From Octopus bimaculoides (taxonomy: Eukaryota): DNA of 64,000 nucleotides. A program made the position numbers and the translations under genes. The first letter of the stretch is position 1. Every line of letters starts with the position of its first letter. Positions 51,032 to 63,228 of the stretch are shown piece by piece. A model generated the notes under the pieces. That model made no database searches. It had not been told where the DNA came from and saw only the letters and a list, made by a program, of their open reading frames with translations. Location: the NCBI RefSeq assembly GCF_001194135.2, contig NC_068985.1, forward strand, positions 97,461,973 to 97,525,972, read 5' to 3'.

Positions 51032-53042
51032 TCGTACAGGTATGCACACGCAGGCATAAACACATTCACACACTTACATTTCACATTTCCCTGATGTCAT
51101 GTGTTTGTCTGTTTCCAGGTACACTTTAGACAATAGCAATGCTGACAGTTTGTGTGTAGCTGTTGAACTTCCAGGTGTAAAATCTGGGGATGAATGTGAA
51201 GTTGATATCATACAGGTATTATAATCTTCTATGTATATCTTTTGAGTTTCTGATAAACAAATGTTGTTATGTTACAATCGGGCTGTGAATGCATTGGAAG
51301 GTCTTATGACATCCGACTGCATTGAATGCATTAAATATAACTTTACACGAATATATTCTATTCAACACTGCTTTGTGCAATATAATTTATTTAATTCTAG
51401 CTTGGTCAAACTTTACATACATCAACAAATGTACCATATTCTGTCTTCTTTTCAAGCTGCAAATGACAGATCTGCTTTGTAATTGACAAGGCAAAAAGAC
51501 ATAGAGACACATGCATCCTGTTATCCAATGACAAATTTCATAGCCCACACATGTCTTGGAGACGAGTTTTCTCCTGGGACTGTTTCTGCAGCAGCAGGTC
51601 TTATCATGTTCAAATGCACCTAGACATGTTAAATATGATTTTACACAAACATATTTTATTCAATGCTGCATCGTGCTACATATACTAAATCTTATTTGTA
51701 TTAAACATTAGCGACCGAAAAGAAAGTCAATGCTTCTTAAAAAGAGTTATGTGTTAAGGGTCGTCTATTCTAATATTTTTTAGTAAGCAGACAAGATTTA
51801 AAATGTTTATATTCTTTGCAAGTGTATCATTAACATAATACAAGAAGGTGAAAGCTTGGCTGAAAGCTTAAGAAGTTTGCTTTACAATCTTAAAAGTCTT
51901 GGGTTTGATTCTGCCAGGGCAAGGGATTTCCATCTTAGTTTGGGTTGATCCAACTTTTGTAAGTGAAATTGTGTAAATGGAAAGTTGAGTGGAAGCCCCT
52001 TTGAATTGACTGCACCACTAATAAAATCTGATGAGCTGCTAAAACAACTGGTTCACTGAGTTACCGAAAATTAATGACATTGTTTAAGTTACTGAAATTT
52101 TAATCATTGTTGTCTTCTTCTTCCACCTCTTCCTCTTCCTTTTCTTTTACTTCATCTTCTTCCACTTCCTCTATTCCTCCTCCTCCTCCTNNNNNNNNNN
52201 NNNTTCTTCTTCTTCTTCTTCTTCTTCTTCTTCTTCTTCTTCTTCTTCTTCCAGCAATTGTGTTACAGATAGATTTAGGAATGCGAATACAAAATGTATG
52301 AAATTTTTAATGCGTTTATGAAGTTTAGGCTGAAATATATATACAGATTTAGAAGGAAAAATGAGTCTGTTAAAATAAATAAATAAATAAATAAATAAAT
52401 ATCTCTGTTGCTCTGTTAAAATAAATAAATAAATAAATATCTTTCACATAAAATTATGGACTCCGTTCTAATATAGAATCAATGCAAGGGAGACAATTTA
52501 GCTATACAGTTAGAAAAATAAATTATTACCCTTTACCGCAGAACTTAACCCGTCTACACTTACCTGTGTACAAATTCACACAAATATACGCATATATACG
52601 TTATAGACTGATACGCAAGATTTTTTTTTTTTTATCTACTTATAAAACTTTGTCATTGTATCAAGAGCACATACGTTCTTCCTGTGTGACTAGCATTCCG
52701 TCGATTACGACGACAAGGGTTCAGTTGATCAGATCAACAGAACAGCCTGCTTATGAAATTCACGTGCAAGTAGCCGACCACTCCACAGACATGTAGTGCA
52801 GCAAGTGTTACATAGATGACTGCATAATCCTCTTAGAATTGTAGTTTAACCCATAGTTAATTACCAACCTTCTAATTTAATTTCTTTCTAAATTTCAGGA
52901 TGTGCTGATGGTTACAGTTATGGGAAAATATGACCTTTTTTTACCACTTGATGCTCATGTTGATGACTCCAGAGCAGATGCTCAGTTTCATAAAGACAAA
53001 GCTGTCTTATCTGTCAGACTACCATATTTGGAAACTCTTTGA
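47443..53042 (+). CDS. PIH1D2: PIH1 domain-containing protein 2 (R2TP-like co-chaperone / dynein assembly factor), spliced: 47443-47649, 48452-48578, 49583-49997, 51119-51215, 52899-53042; 990 nt = 329 aa + stop
   Basis: QAEQIWSMLDDMVVSDPTAYKKFIENQMK matches the PIH1D2-type N-terminus (QVTQFWNLLDDLAQSDPEGYEKFIQQQLK). KPKLIEEL, VELPGV and a C-terminal CS-like A.F.K.K..L.V.LP are present; junctions are in phase. Confidence 0.92.
48452..48578 (+). CDS. PIH1D2: PIH1D2 coding exon 2 (DDNDYLFLEIYSSLLVPAP...)
   Basis: ttgtag|GAT ... AACA|gtttgt; LF...VPAP motif. Confidence 0.8.
48587..49018 (-). mobile_element. Possible Tx1/L1-type ORF2 fragment
   Basis: 143-aa antisense intronic ORF with LINE-like composition; no decisive motif. 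Confidence 0.3.
49141..49400. repeat. Minisatellite of 41-bp and 33-bp units
   Basis: (aatttgac)agtagccaacaagccagaggacttaggcttgac x about 6.5; no spacers. Confidence 0.95.
49583..49997 (+). CDS. PIH1D2: PIH1D2 coding exon 3
   Basis: ttccag|AA ... CGAG|gtttgg; ORF 49543..50064; KPKLIEEL. Confidence 0.88.
50165..50790. mobile_element. RTE-clade LINE remnant with an inverted 5' portion
   Basis: - strand 3' part (IERAQ..YHEYVIRMSQERI...) abuts a + strand RT part (IFAVGMQLLGSSESYLQDSLN..GMRVNIEITE). Confidence 0.55.
51119..51215 (+). CDS. PIH1D2: PIH1D2 coding exon 4 (YTLDNSNADSLCVAVELPGVKSGDECEVDIIQ)
   Basis: ttccag|G ... CAG|gtatta; CS-domain VELPGV motif. Confidence 0.9.
52899..53042 (+). 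CDS. PIH1D2: PIH1D2 terminal exon (DVLMVTV...LSVRLPYLETL*)
   Basis: tttcag|GAT; TGA stop; CS-domain end. Confidence 0.9.
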   Translation, partial: DVLMVTVMGKYDLFLPLDAHVDDSRADAQFHKDKAVLSVRLPYLETL

Positions 53043-55109
53043 AAAAAAAATTCTGCCCAAGTTAAAATCCTGAGAGTTTTTTTCTTTTTTTCTTGTAAAC
53101 CTATACAGATATATTTAAATATAATGGTTTCAAATTTTGATGCATGGCCAGCAGTTTTAGGCGGGGTGGGAAAGCTAGTTGATTACATCAATCCTGGTTT
53201 TCAGCTGGTATTTATTTTATTGACCTCCAAATGGATGAAGGGTTGACCTTGATGGACTTTAACTCAGAACGCAAAGTGGGAAGAAATTCTGCAATGTATT
53301 TCTTCCAATGTGCTAATAATCCTGCCAGTTTGCCACTTCAAATCTCAATATAGTTCTTTCTAATTTTGGCATAAGGCCAACAATTCTGAGGGGAGGGGAA
53401 GCTGATTATATCGATCCCAGTGCACGACTGGTACTTATTTTATCCACCTTGAAAGGCTGGAAGGTATAGTCGACCTTGCTAGAATTTGAACTCAGAACGT
53501 AAGGAGTTGGAAGAAATACCACAATGCATTTCTTCTGATGCTGTAATGATTCCACCAGTCATTTACCTATAGATAGCATCAAATCTCAAATCAAGGAAAA
53601 CTATTAATGGTCTGTGTTGGTAAGAGTTCATAGACAACGTTTTCATTAGGTTCCATTGCTGTGGGGAAGGAAGAATTTTGCATATAGAGATCTTCTTCTT
53701 TATCAAAGAGTGAAGAAGATAGAATAAGAATTATTGTTGACTGAGTTGTAGGTGAATAAAAAATATACTGCTAGTTGTGTTCATCATGGTCATGATCATG
53801 ATTGTGATCATCATCATTGGTTTAATGTCTATTTGTCCTGTCTTTTGGGGGTTGGACAGAATTGATTTGAGGCAGATTTTCTACAGCTAGATACCCTTCT
53901 TGTCACTAACTCACTCGTTTCCAAGCAAAAGCCAGCATTTAAAGACATATTAAAAGATAGTGCAGATAATTATTGTGAGTAAATTATATCAACACAGCAT
54001 TTAAAACTTAAGATTCTACGAGTAGTGAAATATGTTGCCAAGAATTTATCAAACTAGAAAAGACGGACGAACAGGGGTGACAAATCTAAATCAAAATAAG
54101 TTAACTACACCGAAATATATATAGATATATTAGTACATAACCATGTTTCGGTTATAAAAATGCTGTGTTAAGGAATCATGAAAATTTAGACTGATATTCT
54201 TTAATAAGCTATTTAGGTAATCTAATTTGTAATCTAATCCAAATAACCATCTCGCTATTATGGGTAATATTTACAACTGTTTACTTCGTTGTTAGTCCTT
54301 AAAACAATTTTTCTCATGTTATTGATATGATAATTTATATCGATAAAGTACAACTGATATGTACCGCTAGCTTAGCAAATAATGTCAACAGTCCGACAGA
54401 TACCCACAGCATTCGTAAACTGCGCCTAAATTTACCTGTATATATTTTTATTACGGCAATACTGGTTGTTGTTCTTTGATGTAAACAAACAACAGCGCAA
54501 GAGCTGCAGTGGACACACGTTTGTGTATTATACAGTAAAGCAATATCTGTAGTTTACTAATGTGATTACATGTTTAGAACTATATTCGTGATCGATGATG
54601 TTTTGTTGCCAATCATTCTATAGAAATGTGGGAAACATTTGTAAAGGTGTTTGATGTTATCGGTAAGCCTACAGCAGCAGAGTAACTGTCACTTGACGGT
54701 AGTGCAGGCTTGCTCAAACCCGATCTTGAACATATAAGGCGCAAAATAATTTTCTAGGAGCTTTTACTTTGGAACCCACCACCGAAAATAAATTCACGCC
54801 AAAAGCAACGATTTAGACAATAGGGGAGATTACTCTTACATATGAAACTTACATTTTCCTCCCCACTTGTTTCGGAATTCGTTTTCAAAAATAGTCTCCT
54901 TGATGTTTTATTAACATATTTTTCCAGGAAGAAAAGAAAGAAAAAAAAATCACTAAAAGTATAAAAGATCAAATTATCGAGACCCCCCCCCCCCCATAAC
55001 TATCATCAAGGAAACAAAGAAAAAGAAGAAAAGGTGTGTGTGGAGGAATTAAACCGTAGAAGAAGGTGGGATGGTGGTAACGGGCTGTTATATTTCAGAC
55101 CAAACGGCG

Positions 55110-55440
55110 TGTTTATCCGCGCCTCGTGGACATGATTGCAAAGGTATTACTGCGGAGAATCGCCAGCAACAACTCGCTGCCGCGGCCATCCTACATCGCG
55201 GGGTTTGTTTCTCAAACGGGCCGCGATTATCATGATTTTACGAAGGAAATCAGCAGTGCAGTGTTCGAGAACACCTGAGATCTCGACAGCGACCAGCACA
55301 AACTGATAGCAGCCGGCCACAGTCTCTCTCCTGTATTTGTTAATCTTCCTCTTCTCTGCGTTATGGGTGGCGATACCCAGGTTTGCGGCCGATGCGGCAA
55401 GGTTGGAGTCGGAGAACGTCTCGCGGCACCAAATATTGTT
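55110..55440 (-). mobile_element. RLE-type non-LTR retrotransposon endonuclease fragment (CRE/NeSL/HERO-like)
   Basis: ETFSDSNLAASAANLGIATHNAEKRKINKY...YQFVLVAVEISGV...DFLRKI...QR(fs)LLAILRSNTFAIM; absent from the ORF track. Confidence 0.65.
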
Positions 55441-56651
55441 TTTGTTATAATTTTTGTGACTTCTTTCTGCGTTCAGGTCATGACAGGAATAAGTGCAGAT
55501 ATAAAATCGAGGGGCCTGTAGAGTAGACGAGGTGCCCTGTACTTTTTATTGTTTACAGGGAGATAGGCAAAGAGTATGGCTGTGTAGTTAAGAAGCTTGT
55601 TTTGCACCCCGTGGTTCCTGGTTCATGACCCCTTAGGTAAGAGCCTTCTACTATAAGTCCAATTAATTGCGAGTGAAACTGTATAAAAGCTCATAGTGGC
55701 TGTGTGATAAGAAGCTTGCTTTCTAACCATATGGTTCCACGTTCAGTCCTACTGCATGACAGCTTGGGCAAGTGTCTTCTATTATGGCCTCGGGCCGACC
55801 AAAACGGGGACATAAACACACCAACATCGGTTGTCAAGCGATGGTGGTGGTGGTGGGGGACAAACACAGACAGATAGACAGACAGGCACACACGTACACG
55901 ACGTGCTTCTTTCAGTTTCCGTCAACCAAATCCACTCACAAAACTTTGGTCTGCCCGAGGCTATAGTAGAAGACACTTGCCCTAGGTGCCACGCAGTGGG
56001 ACTGAACCCGGAACCATGTAGCTGGTAAGCAAGCTACTTACCACACAGCCACTCATGGCAATGTATTGGTGCCAGAATACAGCGAATAAATAAATTTTAA
56101 TATCTCAATTCATTAAAAACAGTCGCCGACACAAACTCATATCTTTCGGACTTCAGGCCAAAACTGTGGACAATTTATACATCTTTGGTGGTCTACGCTG
56201 CTGCCATTTCACCACTCCACCTCCTGTCACCNNNNNNNNNNNNNNNNNNNNNNNNNNNNNNNNNNNNNNNNNNNNNNNNNNNNNNNNNNNNNNNNNNNNN
56301 NNNNNNNNNNNNNNNNNNNNNNNNNNNNNNNNNNNNNNNNNNNNNNNNCACAGTCACTCACTCACCACCACCACCGACACCACCGCCACCGACACCACCA
56401 CCACCACCACCACCACCACCATCATCATCATCATCGCCGTCGTTGTCTCTTACATTAACCATTCTCTTCAGCTTGTCTTTGCCATTTCCCCAGCCTGCAG
56501 AAATATGTCTTAGTTTATTAATTCTAACTCAAATTTATTTTCCTTTCTTTCTTTCTTTTTTTCTTTTTTTTCTTTCTTTCTTTCTTTCTTTTCTCTTTGT
56601 TTGTTTGTTTGTTTGTTTGATTATTTCTTTCTTTCTCTATCCTTTTTTTTT

Positions 56652-56687
<36 letters not shown>

Positions 56688-56899
56688 TTTTGCGCCTCCA
56701 CATACTTATATATACCCGAAGAGACATCAACATATTCGCATATATTCGCATACACCTACAGTCCCATGCACATGCACACAAACATAAACATCGTACCACA
56801 CACACACTCATCGATACACAGACACACAAACTTCCAAACACACAAACACACAAATATATAAACATACATACAGACATGCGTACATACATACATACATAC

Positions 56900-57130
56900 A
56901 AACAAACAAAAATACCTGTAATTATTGGGGCCCTGGGATATGTAACATACTACCTAAATACCAATCTCGAAAAATTAGGCTTCTCAAAATCAGAAAGGAG
57001 AAAGCTAATTCGAAGACTACAGATTGAATCCATCACTGGAACTGTAAAAATCTGTAAAATTTTCCAGAAGTTTATCATTTCAATATATATGAGCATGTCT
57101 AGATATGCAACTATATGGATGAGGATACAT
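56900..57130 (+). mobile_element. R4/Dong-like LINE 3' end, same family as 8055-8420
   Basis: IPVIIGALGYVTYYLNTNLEKLGFSKSERRKLIRRLQIESITGTVKICK; (CATA)n on both flanks. Confidence 0.8.
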
Positions 57131-58206
57131 ACATAAAACATACATACATACATACATACATACATACATACATACATACAAAAATACGCTGTTGTTGATG
57201 TTGAAATTCCAATGAATGAGCCGTGGATCTAGGTTAGAAACCGGCTCTTTCTCTATTGGAAAAGAATCTTTTCTACTCTAGGCACAAAATCTGACATTTT
57301 TGTATACATTAATTGTATTTGCCGGTGTATAAGACGTATTCTCACACAAAAAGACTCCCTATATTACAAGTAGAAAAAAAAAAACATACAAATTTAGGTT
57401 GTTTCATCATACATTCACTGAATGATGTTTTAAAGTTTGTGTAAATACAATGATGTGACAGAATACAAGAATAATTGTATGAAATCACAGATAAACAAAC
57501 TTATGGAAGTATTTCAACTCAACTTTATCTTCTTTCAGACTTAGCCATTTGGTTGGTCAAGAGAACTGCCAAACAGGATGTAAAGCTCGTATTTCTGGCT
57601 GCAGTTTTGTTGTCACCACTCGTTGCAAATAACTGACACGAGGATTAAAATTTAATATTCATCTTTCTAGGGTAATTTAAAAAAAAAATTTAGATAAATA
57701 AACAAATGTTTTGGTTTCAAATTTTGGCACAAGCCCAGCCAATTTTGATGGGAGGTGCGGTAAGTCGCTTACATCAACTCCCAGCGTTCAACTGGTAGTT
57801 ATTTTATCGACTTTCAAAAGAGGAAAGGTTAAGTCGGCCTCGGAGGCAGTGGAACTCAGATTTGAACGTCGGAAGAAATGCTGCTAAGCATTTTGTCCGG
57901 CGTGCTAACGATTCTGCCACATCGCCGCATTATTCTCATAAACATTGAGTTCAAAATTTGGCACAAGGCCAGCAATTTCGTGGAGGGTGTAAGCCTATTA
58001 CATCGGCCCCAGTGCTCAACTGGTACTTATTTTAGTCAAAGTCGACCTCAGCGGAATTTGAATTCAAAACGTAAAGACGAACGAAATGCGACGAAGCATT
58101 TTGTGCGGCGTGCTAACGATTCCTCTAACTTTCCACCTTAAACTTGCATAAATACTGATAGTAATTACGAATACACATTATTGTCACGAGAACATTGTAT
58201 CTTTTT

Positions 58207-58571
58207 GGCACTCCGTCGCTTACGACGTCGAGGGTTCCAGTTGATCCGATCAACGGAACAGCCTGCTCGTGAAATTAACGTGCAAGTGGCTGAGCACTCC
58301 ACAGTCACGTGTACCCTTAACGTAGTTCTCGGGGATATTCAGCGTGACACAATGTGACAAGGCTGACCCTTTGAATTACAGGCACAACAGAAACAGGAAG
58401 TAAGAGTGAGAGAAAGTTGTGGTGGAAGAGTACAGCAGGGTTTGTCGGAGCCTCGTGGAGCTTTAGGTGTTTTCGCTCAATAAACACTCACAACACCCGG
58501 TCTGGGAATCGAAACCGCGATCCTACGACCGCGAGTCCGCTGCCCTAACTACTGGGCCATTGCGCCTCCAC
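58207..58571 (-). mobile_element. tRNA(Arg)-like-headed SINE family C, full length
   Basis: Head GGCGCAATGGCCCAGTAGTTAGGGCAGCGGACTCGCGG..GGTTTCGATTCCC; 12-bp TSD acattgtatctt (58192-58203 / 58573-58584). Confidence 0.85.
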
Positions 58572-59359
58572 TACATTGTATCTTACACAACTGTTACAAG
58601 CCATTATAGCTTACAGACACAAACAGTTGCAGTTTACAATTATAGATCTTTCTTTGTCGATTGCAACCACGGAATCTTTACATGGCAAGGAATTTTTCAT
58701 TCAGTTTTTCTCAATACGAGGTGCATGCTTATCTGAACGAATATCCGAAACTGTAAGTTATGCCTTGTTAATTCCAGTAAAAAATTCCACTCTAAAAATT
58801 GGAACTAATTCATATTCATCCTATATAATATTTTCTGTACAAGAACCACACGACAGCCATTGAATATTTGTATATAAGCGTTCTCACGGATTATTTATGC
58901 ATCTTGGTCTTTCGTACAAATACTTTTGGTTAGTTGCTATGGAATTGTAATACATGAACTGATGTTTGTTGTATAACAAATGAACTACTGTCTTTATGTC
59001 CCCATCCATTATAATCATCCCGCCACTTAGACCGGGCAGATCTTTGATGTCAGGAGGAAAATATATTTAATGTATATTTACGCCGTCGTGTACAACAATC
59101 ACTGCGGATTTGCCGACTACAGAAAGGGAGTAATACGCGATAGATTAATATTTTCCTGAAAACGAGACTATAAATGTTGATGATGGATGTAAGAAACCTT
59201 ACTGATTACAATAAAACTGCAAGATATGATTGAAATTTGATAAAAAAATAAAACTATGTTCAAATATATCAAGTCAAAGAGAGACTACTTTTCTCAATAA
59301 GTACCTACCTACCTACCTACCTACCTACCTACATACATACATACATAATGATTATTCCA

Positions 59360-59760
59360 TCTTCACAGATGATCGTCGTCTCTCTGGGCTTCTTTGCTGC
59401 CAATAGCATTTCTGATCTTCCGTCTATGACCTCTCAGATGACTATTCAGTCCCGCTGTAGATCGGTATGGTTTGAAGCATAGGTGATAGGCAAAAGTTGC
59501 AGCATCCACTGGATTCATCGGATCACTTTATGAGATATGATCTCTACGAACCGTCATTTGTCTCTTCAGACTCGAAATCTACTTGCAAGACTTTTCACAT
59601 ATTACACATATTGCTGGTAACCCTGTCGAGGAGGAAGGGCGTTGTATGTAGCTGATCTTTCAGATGGTTAACATACCCAACCTTGAAAAGGAGTACACAG
59701 TCACACCTTGTATTCCCACTGAGGTTCTGATGACAGCCTCTCTGAAGCCAGCACTTTAGG
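59360..59760 (-). mobile_element. RTE-type LINE 3' fragment with C2H2-like zinc fingers
   Basis: CVICEKSCK... and LCFKPYRSTAGLNSHLRGH; tetranucleotide tail at 59300-59345. Confidence 0.5.
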
Positions 59761-59777
59761 CGTTTGTGCTCAAAAAG

Positions 59778-59872
<95 letters not shown>

Positions 59873-60164
59873 CGATGGGCTTCTTTCAGTTTCCGTCTAC
59901 CAAATCCACTCACAAAGCTTTGGTCGGCCCGAGGCTATAGTAGACGACACTTGCCCAAGGTGCCAAGCAGTTGGACTGAACCCGGAAGCATGTGGTCGAT
60001 AAGCAAGCTACTTTATTTCATAAAATTTGCTATATAGGCATTACAAAGATTGCGAAGTAGCAGGGCTAGACAAAGACATTAACGTTTAGCAAGGAATACC
60101 TGGTAGTTGTATGTCGAAACAATTGTAGCGATATGTAATAAAACTAGTTCAATCCATCTTCTGG

Positions 60165-60225
<61 letters not shown>

Positions 60226-60604
60226 GTCTGTCTGTCTGTCTGTCTATCTATTTATCTGGTATTTATATATGTGTGTGTATACGTGGACACACACATGTTT
60301 ATGTATGNNNNNNNNNNNNNNNNNNNNNNNNNNNNNNNNNNNNNNNNNNNNNNNNNNNNNNNNNNNNNNNNNNNNNNNNNNNNNNNNNNNNNNNNNNNNN
60401 NNNNNNNNNNNNNNNNNNNNNNNNNNNNNNNNNNNNNNNNNNNNNNNNNNNNNNNTGAGCGTATCGCATGATTTAAGTCAGTTAAAAGAGAATCGATTTC
60501 GCTCTTTGGTACTTCTTAGTTCATGTCTGTAGGCAATGGCACTAGAAGCCTTCAGCTACCAATTTGTCTGTGCTGCACTCACACACACGCGCGCGCACAC
60601 ACAC

Positions 60605-60641
<37 letters not shown>

Positions 60642-62901
60642 ACCACAAACGAATGCACACATACACTCACACGCGCTCACACACACACACGCACGCACGC
60701 ACTGACACATACACACACTCATACACACGCGTGCACATAGACACACACATACACACACGCGCATACACACGCACGCATGCGCACACATACATACATACAT
60801 ACATACATACATAATACAGATACACGCAAATACATACACAACGTACATATCGATACACGTACATGCATCCATACAAACACACACACGCAAGCACACAGGC
60901 ACACACATATTCACTTACGCATACACATGCCCCCCCCCACACGCACTCACATATATATATTCACATATACACGCATTCTGATTATACGAATGAAGAAGAA
61001 GAAAAAAAAAAGGTGAAGTGGACTGTTTCAGTTTTAGGTGAATGCACAAAATTGTTGAAACGAAACACATACCTCAATGGAAATGGCAAGGAAGGAAGCA
61101 ATCGCTAATTGCAAAAGTGTAGGATGCAATGACCACCAACAGAAACATTAACATTCTATATGTGTATGAATTGTTATTTATCATAAAGGTCAACAGGAGA
61201 AAGAATATTTGAACCAAACGAGAGAAACNNNNNNNNNNNNNNNNNNNNNNNNNNNNNNNNNNNNNNNNNNNNNNNNNNNNNNNNNNNNNNNNNNNNNNNN
61301 NNNNNNNNNNNNNNNNNNNNNNNNNNNNNNNNNNNNNNNNNNNNNNNNNNNNNNNNNNNNNNNNNNNNNNNNNNNNNNNNNNNNNNNNNNNNNNNNNNNN
61401 NNNNNNNNNNNNNNNNNNNNNNNNNNNNNNNNNNNNNNNNNNNNNNNNNNNNNNNNNNNNNNNNNNNNNNNNNNNNNNNNNNNNNNNNNNNNNNNNNNNN
61501 NNNNNNNNNNNNNNNNNNNNNNNNNNNNNNNNNNNNNNNNNNNNNNNNNNNNNNNNNNNNNNNNNNNNNNNNNNNNNNNNNNNNNNNNNNNNNNNNNTAA
61601 TATTGATTTCTGAAATTGGCACGAAGCTACAGAATTTTCGGCCGAGGTGCAGTCGATTACATCGACCAAAGTACCTACCTAACTGTGGTATTTTATTTTA
61701 TCGACTCTGAAAAGAAAGAAAGAGTGAAAAAAAAAAAAAAATAGAAAAGAAAGCGAAACTTGATCGTGAGCGGGGTTTGAACTGAGTAGTTTTAACTAAA
61801 TAGCTAACTGACCCTCGGAGGAGTGAAAGGCAAAGACGACCCCGGTCGGTATTGAACTTAGAACGTGAAGAGTAGTAGGAAATATAACAGGGTTTTCTAC
61901 GACGCTCTTACGATTCTCCCAACCTGCTATTACATATATATCCCTTTCTACAATAGGCACAAGGCCTGAAATTTTAGAGGATGGGGATAGTTGACGTCAT
62001 CGACACAGGGAATCAACTGGTATTTATTTTATCGATTCCGAAAGAATGAAAGGCTAAGTCGACTTCGGCGGAATTTGAACTTAGAATGTAATGATGGATG
62101 AAATGCTGCTAAGCGTTTGATCCATTAAGCTAAAAATTTTGCTACCTCACCGTCCTTACGTGGATTAGATAATAGTTTCGAATTTAGGCACAAGGCCAGC
62201 AATTTCGACCCTAGTGCTCAACTGGTACTTATTTTATCAACTCGAAAGGATAAAAGGTAAAGTCGATCTCGGCGGAATATGAACTCAGAAAATAGAGACA
62301 GACTAAATGCTGTTGGGCATTTTTCTGACTCTTATTTCTTTATTGCCCACAGGGGGCTACACATAGAGGGGACAAACAAGGACAGACAAAGGGATTAAGT
62401 CAATTACATCGGCATGCTAATGACTCTGGCAGCTTGCCACCCTAACGTGTGTTAAATAAACCTTTCTATTATAGACACAAGGCCTTAAATTTGCGAGGAG
62501 GGAGTAAGTCGATTACATCGACTCCAGTACGTAATGGGTACTTATTTTAATCGACCTCAAAAGGATGAAAGCAAAGCTGACCTCGGTGGAATTTGAACTC
62601 AGAATGTAGCAGCGGACTCGGGACTGTAAGATTTTCGGACCGAACGCCTTGCGGTATTTGTTTCGGCTCTTTGCATTCTGAGTTCCAATTCCATCGTGGC
62701 CTATTTGGATGGAAGACTTAATCTGTCCCCGACGTAATACCACTGCCTGACACCTTTGGTGCCTTTAGCTGAATCGGCTCTGCTGCAAGCATACCGACCA
62801 TTTCTTACGTTTGAGGATGTTTTCCCTTCTTGAAGGCCCTCTATAAAGGACATGAACATCACGAAATGTTGACCTTTATAGCTAGACTATTAGATGTTGT
62901 T

Positions 62902-63228
62902 GGCACTCCGTCGCTTACGACGTCGAGGGTTCCAGTTGATCTAATCAACGGAACAGCCTGCTCGTGAAATTAACGTGTACCCTTAACGTAGTTCTCGGGG
63001 ATATTCAGCGTGACAAGGCTGACCCTATGAATTACAGGTACAACAGAAACGGGAAGTAAGAGTGAGAGAAAGAGTACAGCAGGGTTCGCCACCATCCCCT
63101 GCCGGAGCCTCGTGGAGCTTTAGGTGTTTTCGCTCAATAAACACTCACAACGCCCGGTCTGGGAATCGAAACCTCGATCCTACGACCGCGAGTCCGCTGC
63201 CCTAACCACTGGGCCATTGCGCCTCCAC
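62902..63228 (-). mobile_element. SINE family C, second full-length copy
   Basis: Near-identical to 58207-58571 with short internal deletions; fragments also at about 49055-49140 and 52690-52790. Confidence 0.85.

Noticed and set aside
58497-58571. tRNA-Arg(TCG)-like sequence (also 63150-63228) and other A/B-box heads
   Set aside because: Continues directly into a SINE body with TSD and has a poor acceptor stem; SINE head, not a tRNA gene
58712-58752. SQYEVHAYLNEYPKL resembling the PDE10A N-terminal VKAYLSLHPQV, and NHGIFTW resembling class II aldolases in another frame
   Set aside because: Matches of only a few residues with no supporting downstream domains in the window
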